Shown here: positions 15,262 through 23,612 of the stretch, piece after piece
How positions within the stretch are numbered: position 1 is the stretch's first letter
How the letters are laid out: each line of letters opens with the position of its first letter
DNA from: a virus
Virus record (IMG/VR): IMGVR_UViG_3300039071_000077
Coordinates: 1 to 38,458 of that record
Direction: 5' to 3' (one strand)
Length of the DNA: 38,458 bases
The notes under the pieces: generated by a model
Database searches by the model: none
The model's input: only the letters and a program-made list of their open reading frames with translations
Told to the model about the DNA's origin: nothing
Program-made: the position numbers and the translations under genes

Positions 15262-15717
15262 TTATTGTTTATTTTTTTGTTCAGTATATGCTTCGATATA
15301 TAATTGTTCTGTTTTTTCTTCTAGTTTGTGGACTAATTCTCCAATAGATTCAGCATAAAGCCAAAAAGTGGTAAGTATTCCTCCATGAACTGAACAACAC
15401 CATGGTTTATCTTCTCCTTCTTTAAATCTGAAATCATAATGTTCAGGCATGTGGCATTCTGCTAAAAATCCAGTCATGTCATATTGTAATAAAAGAGAGG
15501 ATAATTCTTTCTCTTCAATATGATCAGTAATAAGTTTCAGTGTTTCTTCTTTTTTATTCCAACCAAGAACTTCAGCGATTTCTTTTGGATCTAGTTCTGT
15601 AAATTCTTCAAAAGTGTTTGATATTCTATTTCGGCAAACTTCACTAGATAAAAAGATTAATTTTTCAAAATAAGCTCCATGAGCTTGTTCAATTTTTTCA
15701 AATAAATATTTGTTCAT
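15262..15717 (-). CDS. Hypothetical protein, 151 aa
   Basis: ATG at 15717, preceded by the conserved box/hairpin cassette at 15734-15780. Confidence 0.75.
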   Translation of the reverse strand: MNKYLFEKIEQAHGAYFEKLIFLSSEVCRNRISNTFEEFTELDPKEIAEVLGWNKKEETLKLITDHIEEKELSSLLLQYDMTGFLAECHMPEHYDFRFKEGEDKPWCCSVHGGILTTFWLYAESIGELVHKLEEKTEQLYIEAYTEQKNKQ

Positions 15718-15733
15718 AATAATTTGTTTTTGA

Positions 15734-15780
15734 TAATGAATGAATTTTAAAATAAATCAGGAACTCTCTCAACCTGATTT
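15734..15780 (-). promoter_or_regulatory. Early-operon cassette copy 1: hairpin (15754-15780) followed on the coding strand by the 18-nt box TTTAAAATTCATTCATTA (15734-15751)
   Basis: The 18-mer is identical to 21373-21390. The downstream block AACAAATTATyATGrACAAAT is also shared. Confidence 0.55.
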
Positions 15781-15840
15781 TAAAGTTTTGACTAAGGCGT
15801 TAAGTCTTTGTAAGAACGTTAGAGTTTTTTCTTTTGACAA

Positions 15841-16113
15841 TTACTCTGCAGCAGTTTCTTCGGTTACGGCTTTTGAAGGTGCTACATAGTCGGTTCCTAT
15901 GATACGGTAGTTTTTATCGTATCTACCTTTGGTGTACAAATGGCTCACTTTTGCCACGTGGTTAACCAATTTAATTTCGGCAACATTTTGTTTTTGAAGC
16001 TCCGATACTTCGTTCAAAGATTCTTCGTGGTTGTTGCTCTCGGCTTTTAATTCTGTGCCTACAAATACTTGAAACTTCTTTGCTTTGGCGGTTGGTGTCT
16101 GTGTTTTTGACAT
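15841..16113 (-). CDS. Hypothetical protein, 90 aa
   Basis: ATG at 16113. Confidence 0.7.
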   Translation of the reverse strand: MSKTQTPTAKAKKFQVFVGTELKAESNNHEESLNEVSELQKQNVAEIKLVNHVAKVSHLYTKGRYDKNYRIIGTDYVAPSKAVTEETAAE

Positions 16114-16122
16114 ATTTAAAAA

Positions 16123-16464
16123 TTAAGAATTTACTTTTTCGAATAATGGATATTTGGTTTTTTTCAATCTTCTTCTGCCGTTTATAGTGGCAAAAATGGT
16201 AGGTTCTGATACTCCTGTTTTTCTGGAACATTCTGCAACTGATTTGTAAATCTTTTCAGTTCCGTTTTTTTCAATCACTTTTACCGGTTGCATTCCTACT
16301 CTATTGCCGCGATGTTTTTCAAAACCGCTTCTGTTGATTCCGTTTAACAAATTGGTTTCATCTTCTTCTGTCCATTTGTTGTAAGGCACGTTCCACAAAT
16401 AGTGAGTTTTATTCTGCATTAACAACTCGTGCGCTTGTGTCCTGGTTAACTGATTCTTTCTCAT
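16123..16464 (-). CDS. Putative small DNA-binding protein (HTH/NUMOD1-like C-terminus)
   Basis: The segment KIYKSVAECSRKTGVSEPTIFATINGRR looks like a helix-turn-helix. The longest form overlaps the upstream ORF by 56 nt; an alternative ATG at 16419 gives an 11-nt overlap. Confidence 0.4.
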   Translation of the reverse strand: MRKNQLTRTQAHELLMQNKTHYLWNVPYNKWTEEDETNLLNGINRSGFEKHRGNRVGMQPVKVIEKNGTEKIYKSVAECSRKTGVSEPTIFATINGRRRLKKTKYPLFEKVNS

Positions 16465-16675
16465 AAATCATTTTATATAAGGTTCTTATTTGTTGCCAAA
16501 CAGATGGTTCTTCCTTTGTTGGCTCATTTTTAAAAATTAACTTTCCTTTACTTGCTTTTCCATTTCGTTCAACTACAATGTTGTAATTACCAGTGTAGTT
16601 TTCGGAAACTGGAACCGGATATAATCTGATTCCGTTTTCCGTACACCACTTAAAATGAATTTCTTCTGGCTTCAT
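16409..16675 (-). CDS. Hypothetical protein, 88 aa
   Basis: ATG at 16675, 2 nt after the primase-helicase stop. Confidence 0.7.
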   Translation of the reverse strand: MKPEEIHFKWCTENGIRLYPVPVSENYTGNYNIVVERNGKASKGKLIFKNEPTKEEPSVWQQIRTLYKMIYEKESVNQDTSARVVNAE

Positions 16676-16677
16676 GA

Positions 16678-19600
16678 CTAATAAGGTAAATCATCTTCTT
16701 TTTCTTCGGGAGCAGGATTAAAAGCATCCACTTTCTCACGTATCAAATTCAGTACTCCTGCGTGCTCCATCATGTCGTAATCAAAAATATAAGCCGATGT
16801 TGCAGTGTCGTTGAATCGGTGACTTCTTACGGCTCCAATGAAGTATTTTTTTGATTTGAAGTAATTACGAAGTGTGTTTTCTCCAATAACATCTACTCCT
16901 TCACGTGTAGAAACTTCTTTGTGATACAATTGATGCACCGCATTCAAGCGCAAATACAAAACTCGTTTTCGGCTGTCGTTGGTCCACTCGATTTCCTTTT
17001 CTCCTTTTCTGCCTTGAAGCTTCAAACTTGCTGGCTTGTCGATAATGAAATGGGTATCTTTCACTAAAAGCGGATAAGGTTGTCTGTCCAATAAATACTC
17101 CAACGTTTTCCAGAACTCTGCCAATCCTTCTGATTCGATAATTAAGTCCGAAGAATCGATTACTGCATTTTTAGCCAATTGATACATTTCTTCATATTCA
17201 AACGGAAACTTAAAGTGTTCCCAAAGGATTGAAATTGGCGTAAGCATCACCACATAATTCTGTAACATACGTTCCTGGTAATCGTGTCCTTTTAAATCCT
17301 TTTTTAGTTTGTTGATTAAATCAGCGTACATTTTTATGTATTGCGTTTCAACTTCTTTTCGGTGCTGAACAATGTCTAATACTAGCGATGTCAATCCTTC
17401 TTCTTCCCAAGACTTTAATAAGTTGTAATCGTTGATTTCTTGTTGCGTGAAATTCTCTTGTGGCTTAATAAAGTGTTGAATTACCGAGCGTGAAGTGATT
17501 GCGTTATCATCCCAAGTTGATAAATACTGCGAAAGCATTACTAAGAAACAATTCACTTTTGCTACTTTGGTTCGGTTGTCTCCAGTTGCCATTCCAAGTT
17601 CACGCCCACGATTATCGTATGATCCTTTTATCGATTGTAAAATCTTCATATCGATGTTATCGTGAAACTCTTCCAAAATGGTTAAGGCGTTTCGGGTTCT
17701 TCCGATTCTTCGTGAAAATGCTACCAAAGTAGAACCGTTCAAATCGAATGCTGGTTGCTTATAAGTAAAAAGCGAAGCCAATGATTCGGCATACTTTGAT
17801 TTACCGGAACCTTTCTCACCTGATAAAAACAAAAGCGGTGATACTGCGTGCGTTTTTACAAATAAATCTCTGAATAATGAGAAGAAAACCGAAGCGATTC
17901 CAATGATTGCTTTGTCTTTGTAAACCAATTCCATTTGCTTCATCCAAGTATTCATTGTAATTGGTGCTTGCTTGTACACAAAATATCTGTCATTTTCGTA
18001 AGGATCATCATCATCACGTGTGTGCTTGTAGATTTCAGAAAATGCAGGAGAATAATAGTGTTTCACTTCTTCAAAATATTCTGATTTGTCAGCTGCTTCG
18101 GTTTCTACTTGCACGATTCCGTATTCGTTTACGTTTTTTATGATGTTATTGAAAAATATACAGTTTGCAAAAGCAAAGAAACCTTCACGTTGCCACCCTA
18201 ATGTTTTCAATTCGAAAGCCATGATGAATTGCGAAAGAATTTTGTTTCGCATTAGCGTAAAATGTGCTGCATTGAAATTTTCCGTTTTCACGAAATAACC
18301 TTCATTAATCAAAGCTTCATCAAATTTATTAGCCGAAACGAAATCCGAAGAATCGAAATCAATTAGTTTCTTTGAGCCGTTTTCGTTTACTACTTCACAT
18401 AAACGTTTGTTGTCATTCTTTCCGTAAACGTGGAAAAGTGGCGTGATTCTGTAATTTGTTCCTTTGAAAAAACTTCCGCTTCTACCTTGAAACCAACACG
18501 AGTTTCCAATGGTGCAAAATCTGTATTTTTTAAATTCTTCAAAATCCGCTCCTGGTGGCAAACCTAAATCAATCGCAGTTGCTTCATCTGGATTTCCTTT
18601 TTCGATTTTCTCGATTGCTTTTGATGCGAAATCGTTAATTCTCGCTTTCAAAGAAGTCAATTGCGTTTTTAAAATCTTGTTACAATCCTTAACGTAAGTG
18701 TTGTGTTTGATGTCATCTTGAATTCTATACAACATTTCAGCCACCGCAGTAACTGCTTCCGAAAGTTTATCAGGGTCATTTGCTGCTTGATTTTTCAAAA
18801 ACGTAGTTTTCCAAAGAACTGCATCTTGTGCGTTATCGAAAATGAATTGTTTGATGTCCTCGTGTTTTCTAGAATACGAATCAGGGTCTTCTCCTTCAGG
18901 AAATATAACCACCGAAACTTTGAAACCATTAGCCAATAATTTGTTGATGTCTTCCAGTGCGGCTTTAGTTCCTGCTTTTGGATTTCCTTGTGCATCAAAG
19001 CCGTCATTATCTCGGCAAATGATAACGTGAGCTGCAAAACGGTTTAGTAGTTTGCATTGGTCATCTGACAAAGCCGTTCCACCCGAAGCCACAGCCATGT
19101 CACATCCGTATTGGTGCAAAGCGGTTACATCGGTATAACCTTCACATAAAACCGCAGTTTTAGTTCTGGTAATGCTTTTTTTGGCTTGGTAAATTCCGTA
19201 AAGAGAGCGAGATTTTGAGTAAACAATTGATTCTTTCGAGTTGATGTACTTTCTTCCGTTTTCTTTTGCTGGGTCATCATCAGAGCATCGGCCACCAAAA
19301 CCAATCACGTTTCCGTTTACATCTTCAATTGGGAAGATTAATCGGTTCTTGAAGAAGTCAAACGAGTTTCCGTCTTTCACGTTTACTAATCCTGCGGTTT
19401 TTCCTGCTTCAAATTTGGCAGTTTCAATAATTGGATTCGTTAAGAATTTCCAATCATCAGGAGCAAAACCAATTCCGAAAGTCAAAAGCGTTTCTTCGTT
19501 TATTTGTCGGTCCGCAATCATTTTTTTAGTCCAATGATCAGCTGGTAAATTTTGGAAAGCTTTTTGGTATTTTTTAGAAGCCCAATCCATTAAACGAAAC

Positions 19601-19938
19601 AACTCTTCTTTTTCAGAGCGTTTTTGTTTTACTTCTTCGGTTTCTTCTTCGCGTTCCAATGCTATGCCACAAATGTCAGCAATCTTCTGAACGGCTTCAT
19701 AAAACGAGCAGTTCTCGTATTCCATTACGAACTTAATTCCGTCACCTTTCTTTTGCGTGCTGTAACAAACGAAGTTGTTTTTAGCAGGCGAAACTTTAAA
19801 ACTTGGTGTTTTATCGTTCGGATTGAAAGGTGATTTACATTCGTAAAGAGAACCAGCACGTTTTAATTCGGCATATTTTGAAATAATGCTGATGATGTCA
19901 GCTTCTCTAACTTGGTCTATTGAGGATGGTTTGTACAT
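16678..19938 (-). CDS. Bifunctional DNA primase (DnaG-like Zn-ribbon remnant plus TOPRIM) / P-loop helicase (SF3/D5-like)
   Basis: 1086 aa. CKSPFNPNDKTPSF...VCYST resembles a degenerate CHC2 finger. TOPRIM motifs are VLCEGYTDV and IICRDNDGFD. Walker A is SGEKGSGKSK and Walker B-like is LTILEEF. Confidence 0.85.
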   Translation of the reverse strand: MYKPSSIDQVREADIISIISKYAELKRAGSLYECKSPFNPNDKTPSFKVSPAKNNFVCYSTQKKGDGIKFVMEYENCSFYEAVQKIADICGIALEREEETEEVKQKRSEKEELFRLMDWASKKYQKAFQNLPADHWTKKMIADRQINEETLLTFGIGFAPDDWKFLTNPIIETAKFEAGKTAGLVNVKDGNSFDFFKNRLIFPIEDVNGNVIGFGGRCSDDDPAKENGRKYINSKESIVYSKSRSLYGIYQAKKSITRTKTAVLCEGYTDVTALHQYGCDMAVASGGTALSDDQCKLLNRFAAHVIICRDNDGFDAQGNPKAGTKAALEDINKLLANGFKVSVVIFPEGEDPDSYSRKHEDIKQFIFDNAQDAVLWKTTFLKNQAANDPDKLSEAVTAVAEMLYRIQDDIKHNTYVKDCNKILKTQLTSLKARINDFASKAIEKIEKGNPDEATAIDLGLPPGADFEEFKKYRFCTIGNSCWFQGRSGSFFKGTNYRITPLFHVYGKNDNKRLCEVVNENGSKKLIDFDSSDFVSANKFDEALINEGYFVKTENFNAAHFTLMRNKILSQFIMAFELKTLGWQREGFFAFANCIFFNNIIKNVNEYGIVQVETEAADKSEYFEEVKHYYSPAFSEIYKHTRDDDDPYENDRYFVYKQAPITMNTWMKQMELVYKDKAIIGIASVFFSLFRDLFVKTHAVSPLLFLSGEKGSGKSKYAESLASLFTYKQPAFDLNGSTLVAFSRRIGRTRNALTILEEFHDNIDMKILQSIKGSYDNRGRELGMATGDNRTKVAKVNCFLVMLSQYLSTWDDNAITSRSVIQHFIKPQENFTQQEINDYNLLKSWEEEGLTSLVLDIVQHRKEVETQYIKMYADLINKLKKDLKGHDYQERMLQNYVVMLTPISILWEHFKFPFEYEEMYQLAKNAVIDSSDLIIESEGLAEFWKTLEYLLDRQPYPLLVKDTHFIIDKPASLKLQGRKGEKEIEWTNDSRKRVLYLRLNAVHQLYHKEVSTREGVDVIGENTLRNYFKSKKYFIGAVRSHRFNDTATSAYIFDYDMMEHAGVLNLIREKVDAFNPAPEEKEDDLPY

Positions 19939-19949
19939 GTTTAATTTTA

Positions 19950-20237
19950 TTAAATTGAAATACGTATTCCGTTTTCTTTACTATAAAAAACTTCAACATT
20001 TTTACTTCTTAATTTCCCTGATTTTGTTCTTAAGTTTTCAATCCAAATGATATTATTTCTTTCTGTTTGAAAACCTTCACAAGAAATTACAACATGACTT
20101 AAGTAACCTTTTGAACCATTAAAATCAACACTAAATTTATTACCTGTAACTCTATATCCATGTGAACAAATAACACTCACTAATGATAAGTTATTTAATA
20201 GTGGAAGCTTAAAATTTATAATTAGAATTTCTGTCAT
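19950..20237 (-). CDS. Hypothetical protein, 95 aa, AT-rich
   Basis: ATG at 20237. Confidence 0.6.
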   Translation of the reverse strand: MTEILIINFKLPLLNNLSLVSVICSHGYRVTGNKFSVDFNGSKGYLSHVVISCEGFQTERNNIIWIENLRTKSGKLRSKNVEVFYSKENGIRISI

Positions 20238-20270
20238 AATCTATTTTGTATATGTTTTTCGTAATAATCT

Positions 20271-20762
20271 TTAACTGTTAATTGATGCGTCAAATAATCC
20301 GGGTTGGTGGATGATAAGTCGGGGTTCAATAACTTCGAAGGAGTTAATGAGTTCGTTAATTTCGGTAGTGGTTTCTTGTTGAAGTTTGGTGTAGTGACCA
20401 CGTAAGATTTTTTTATCTTCATAGCTAATATTTGAGCATTTTTCTAAAGCAATGATTTGTTCTGCAACGTTTTCACGTTTTACTTCTAATTCAATAACCT
20501 TTGTTGCTTTATCTTTTGAAGTCATTTTGTCCATTTTTATCAATTCTGATAATGCTGCGAAAAACACAATTGATTCTTGATTTCCTGCAACTGGAATAAT
20601 GTATTTTTTATATGCTTTTTCTAATGTGATGTTCTCTCTTTTTGAAAGCAGAATTAAAGCTCTTTTTTTAGCTTCGATTCTTTGTTGCCAATCTTGTGGA
20701 TAGTAGTTTTTAATAATATCTACTGCTTCCGTTCCTGTATATTGTAATTTGAATGCTCCCAT
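20271..20762 (-). CDS. Hypothetical protein, 163 aa
   Basis: ATG at 20762, 2 nt after the upstream stop. Confidence 0.7.
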   Translation of the reverse strand: MGAFKLQYTGTEAVDIIKNYYPQDWQQRIEAKKRALILLSKRENITLEKAYKKYIIPVAGNQESIVFFAALSELIKMDKMTSKDKATKVIELEVKRENVAEQIIALEKCSNISYEDKKILRGHYTKLQQETTTEINELINSFEVIEPRLIIHQPGLFDASINS

Positions 20763-20764
20763 GA

Positions 20765-21346
20765 TTATTGAATGATTTTATTCGTAATTGCTTTTGTGAT
20801 TAATCCTGATTTTGAATACACGTTAAATTTTTCAAAAAGGTGTTTTTTGTGTGTGTTCAAAGTAGATTCAGTAATTTCAAGTTCATCAGCAATTTGCTTA
20901 TCAGGTTTGTCAGAAGCTAAAAGCGTAACGATTTCAAGTTCACGTGGAGTTAGTTTGTTTCCGTCGATTGAAATATTTTTCGATTGCCATTTTAAGCATT
21001 GGCAATTATTAGAGCAGATAAAGTTGTCGGCTTGTTTTAGATTTCCGTTGCAATCAAAATCAGGTTCATGATCTGCTGCACCGTAAACACAAAAAGCAAA
21101 TCTTTCAATTGCTTCAGATTGTGAAAGGTTTTTTAAATCTTCTATCGCAGCTTCATCTGAAAGTAATTTTTCAAAAATTAATGCTCTTTTGGTTGGGTTT
21201 AATTCTTCAAACTTAATGGTTTGACCATTTGAAAGGGCAAAAACTTGCTTAGTTTCTCTACATCCAAAAAGTTCTGTGGATGTATCACCAATCATCAGTC
21301 CAGCTGGTATTTGGTGAATTAGTGAATTTGTTGTAAATTTGTCCAT
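20765..21346 (-). CDS. LuxR/GerE-type HTH transcriptional regulator with a Cys-rich N-terminal domain
   Basis: C-terminal TPRELEIVTLLASDKPDKQIADELEITESTLNTHKKHLFEKFNV matches the GerE HTH pattern. The N-terminal 130 aa are of unknown type and contain DCNGN...FICSNNCQCLKW. Confidence 0.75.
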   Translation of the reverse strand: MDKFTTNSLIHQIPAGLMIGDTSTELFGCRETKQVFALSNGQTIKFEELNPTKRALIFEKLLSDEAAIEDLKNLSQSEAIERFAFCVYGAADHEPDFDCNGNLKQADNFICSNNCQCLKWQSKNISIDGNKLTPRELEIVTLLASDKPDKQIADELEITESTLNTHKKHLFEKFNVYSKSGLITKAITNKIIQ

Positions 21347-21372
21347 GATAATTTGTTAATCTTTTAAAAGGT

Positions 21373-21417
21373 TAATGAATGAATTTTAAACCCGAAGTGA
21401 CCGCTTCGGGTTTTTTT
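21373..21417 (-). promoter_or_regulatory. Early-operon cassette copy 2: GC-rich hairpin (21391-21410, with T7 on the plus side) plus the same 18-nt box (21373-21390)
   Basis: cccgaag pairs with cttcggg across a 6-nt loop. Lies just after the Cro-position gene and before the LuxR-type gene. Confidence 0.55.
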
Positions 21418-21661
21418 AATCTATAAGTTTTACAATCTTATTTGATTGTTCCTGTTTTCTCTCATTATATACTTCACGTATACAATTTTCAATGTTTAAG
21501 TTACTTTGAACACCATTAAAAACTTGGGACACATATGTTTTGTCATAATTATTGCCATGCTTTGTAACTAATTCTTTTTCAATAGTTTTCTTCAAAACAT
21601 CATCAATCCACTTATTTTTAAGGACTTTCTTTAACTTAGTTCTTTCTGTCTTTCTAATCAT
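21416..21661 (-). CDS. Small early protein, 81 aa (Cro-like position; possible HTH)
   Basis: First gene downstream of the leftward switch promoter and divergent from the repressor gene. DKTYVSQVFNGVQ resembles an HTH recognition segment. Confidence 0.4.
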   Translation of the reverse strand: MIRKTERTKLKKVLKNKWIDDVLKKTIEKELVTKHGNNYDKTYVSQVFNGVQSNLNIENCIREVYNERKQEQSNKIVKLID

Positions 21662-21703
21662 AGTAAAGTGCTATTTATACTTACTTATATTATTATTACT
21701 TTT

Positions 21704-21731
21704 ACTCAACGCTAACTCAATTAGCACTCAA
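21704..21731. promoter_or_regulatory. Three ACTCAA hexamers at exact 11-bp spacing (21704, 21715, 21726) in the early leader
   Basis: Read directly. Their helical phasing suggests operator half-sites. Confidence 0.45.
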
Positions 21732-21763
21732 CAAAACTAACAAACATTTTTGAATACAACAAA
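21732..21763 (-). promoter_or_regulatory. Canonical Bacteroidota-type promoter for the leftward early operon: -33 TTTG (21763-21760), 20-nt spacer, -7 TAGTTTTG (21739-21732)
   Basis: The -7 box matches TAnnTTTG exactly, and the -33/-7 spacing falls within the range I recall for Bacteroides/Flavobacterium promoters. Confidence 0.6.
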
Positions 21764-21774
21764 CATTTTTGAAT
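21739..21774. promoter_or_regulatory. Two 17-bp direct repeats AACAAACATTTTTGAAT (21739-21755, 21758-21774) overlapping the -33 and -7 boxes (candidate repressor operators)
   Basis: Read directly. The second copy extends into the dyad AACATT-TTTG-AATGTT. Confidence 0.55.
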
Positions 21775-21792
21775 GTTTTTTAAATAATATAT

Positions 21793-22152
21793 ATGAGTAC
21801 AGGAAAAAGACTAACCTATTATGTTGAAAAACAAGGATTTAAAAAGAAAGAATTTTGTTTAAAATTTTCTTTTGAGTACAATAACTTAGTCAATGTAATG
21901 GCAGACAAAAGAACTCTAGGTATAAATATTTTAAACCAATTACATTTTGCACTCCCAAAATTGAACATTCATTGGTTATTATATGGAGAAGGTCCAGAAG
22001 AACTAGATGAAAAACAATCTAATATTTTAAACGAACCTGCAGAAATGTATGTAAAAAACAATGATGCGTTTGAATTTATGCTTTTGAAGTACCTGGAAAA
22101 CGATAAAATAAAAAAGAAGATATATGAAATCATCCAACAAAAAAACACTTAA
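21793..22152 (+). CDS. CI-like repressor (XRE-type HTH, Bacteroidota phage-repressor style)
   Basis: 119 aa. N-terminal HTH-like region ending in the NIHWLLYGEGP motif, which is characteristic of Bacteroidota phage repressors (from memory). Plus strand, next to the integrase and divergent from the early operon. Confidence 0.6.
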   Translation: MSTGKRLTYYVEKQGFKKKEFCLKFSFEYNNLVNVMADKRTLGINILNQLHFALPKLNIHWLLYGEGPEELDEKQSNILNEPAEMYVKNNDAFEFMLLKYLENDKIKKKIYEIIQQKNT

Positions 22153-22406
22153 AAAAGAAACAGAATTGATACTAGAGATTAGTATTGGTGATTCAGATAG
22201 CGAGTTATTTAAGAAACTAAAAAGAATAGTTACTACTCAAAAACTACCCACTAAAAAATAAAAATGAAGTATAGAACGTGTTTTGTTGATTTTGCTGATT
22301 ACAGTCGAGGTCACTACAATAAAAATTAAAAGGCGAATAATTTATCATTTTTATGATAAGTTGTTCGTCTTTAGTCATTTACGAACTTTTGTAAAAATAC
22401 GTTATT

Positions 22407-23612
22407 ATGCTGATACTTCAAAATAATCAATTAAACTATCCAATAAACTACTCACAAAAAATGAATGGGAAGTTAACTTACAAAGTAAAGATTAAAGAGG
22501 ACTACATCAGACATGATGGAACCAGCGCTATTTATGTTCAAGTGTTTTTGAATAATAAGAAAAAAATATTTCCAATGAATTTATCGGTTCCTTTAAAAAT
22601 GTTTGATAAATCGAAACAACGTGTTTCTTCAAAATTTGAACATCATAAAGACTACAACTTAATTATTGAAAAGTTTTTGGCTGATATTAATACCATTGAA
22701 ATTAACTACAGACTTTCTAATGTGGTTTTGGATATTGAAAAACTTACTACTGAAATATTAAATCCGAGTTCTTGGATTTGCTTTGTTAAGTTTTGGGGCG
22801 AAGAACTGGAGCGACAAAAAGAGACTTTAAAAAAAGGAACATATCGCCAACAAAAATCGGCTTTAGAAAAATTGAAAGAATATAAGGAAACGCTTTACTT
22901 CTACGAAATCAATAAACAAGAAGTTGATAATATTACTCGATTCCTAAAAGTGAAAAAGAAAAACGGAGAAAACACTATTGGAACGTTTTTCAAGAACTTT
23001 AAAAAATATTTGAATATTGCTACCGAAAGAGGAATAAAAGTGTCACTGCATAGCGGAGAAATAAAAAGAACCAACTTTAAATCGCACCGCACATTCTTGA
23101 TGCCTGATGAAATTAATACTTTGTTCGAATATTGGAATAGTAAATTCATTAATGATCTACACAAAAGCGTTTTGTCTCGTTTTCTTTTTTCTTGCTTTAC
23201 TGGATTGCGAATTTCCGATATTCAAGAATTAAATACGGAAAACATCATTGGCGATTACTTGGTTTTTGTGTCTCAAAAAACAGGTAAACTACAGAGGATT
23301 CAATTAAATAAATCAGCACAGCAATTCATTGGAAATAAAGTTTTGTTTGAAGGAAAGCATTCTGATGAACACATAAATAGAACTTTGAAAGATATCTGCA
23401 AAGTTGCTGGAATAAAAAAACATGTGTCGTACCATGTAGCACGACACACGTTTGCAACTAATTTTCTTATTTCGGGTGGAAATGTAACGGTGCTTCAAAA
23501 ATTACTTGGCCACTCTAAAATTGAAGATACTATGATTTATGTTCACATTGCCGAATCGGTTACTGATGTGCAAATTTTAAACATGGATAGTATCTTAATA
23601 ATTAACACTTAA
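22407..23612 (+). CDS. int: Tyrosine recombinase / phage integrase
   Basis: Catalytic signatures HVARHTFAT and LLGHSKIEDTMIYVH. The N-terminal KLTYKVKIKEDYIRHDGTSAIYVQV is arm-binding-like. An alternative ATG at 22461 (MNGKLTYKV) may be the true start. Confidence 0.9.
   Translation: MLILQNNQLNYPINYSQKMNGKLTYKVKIKEDYIRHDGTSAIYVQVFLNNKKKIFPMNLSVPLKMFDKSKQRVSSKFEHHKDYNLIIEKFLADINTIEINYRLSNVVLDIEKLTTEILNPSSWICFVKFWGEELERQKETLKKGTYRQQKSALEKLKEYKETLYFYEINKQEVDNITRFLKVKKKNGENTIGTFFKNFKKYLNIATERGIKVSLHSGEIKRTNFKSHRTFLMPDEINTLFEYWNSKFINDLHKSVLSRFLFSCFTGLRISDIQELNTENIIGDYLVFVSQKTGKLQRIQLNKSAQQFIGNKVLFEGKHSDEHINRTLKDICKVAGIKKHVSYHVARHTFATNFLISGGNVTVLQKLLGHSKIEDTMIYVHIAESVTDVQILNMDSILIINT

Noticed and set aside
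16409-16464. The 56-nt overlap between the 88-aa and 113-aa ORFs as a programmed frameshift site
   Set aside because: No slippery heptamer was seen. An internal ATG at 16419 gives the same 11-nt overlap used at several other junctions in this genome, so a shorter downstream gene explains the overlap.
20234-20422. The 62-aa ORF overlapping the 3' end of the 163-aa gene, and the similar ORFs at 15971-16231 and 1329-1544
   Set aside because: They are out-of-frame overlaps with better-supported genes on the same strand. They have no independent start context and low-complexity products.
22153-22406. A tRNA gene or tRNA 3' fragment as the attP core, and a 45-aa plus-strand ORF (22124-22261) as an excisionase
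   Set aside because: No cloverleaf or T-arm (GTTCGAATC-like) is detectable by eye. The small ORF is lysine-rich and low-complexity, overlaps the repressor 3' end by 29 nt and has no HTH-like segment.
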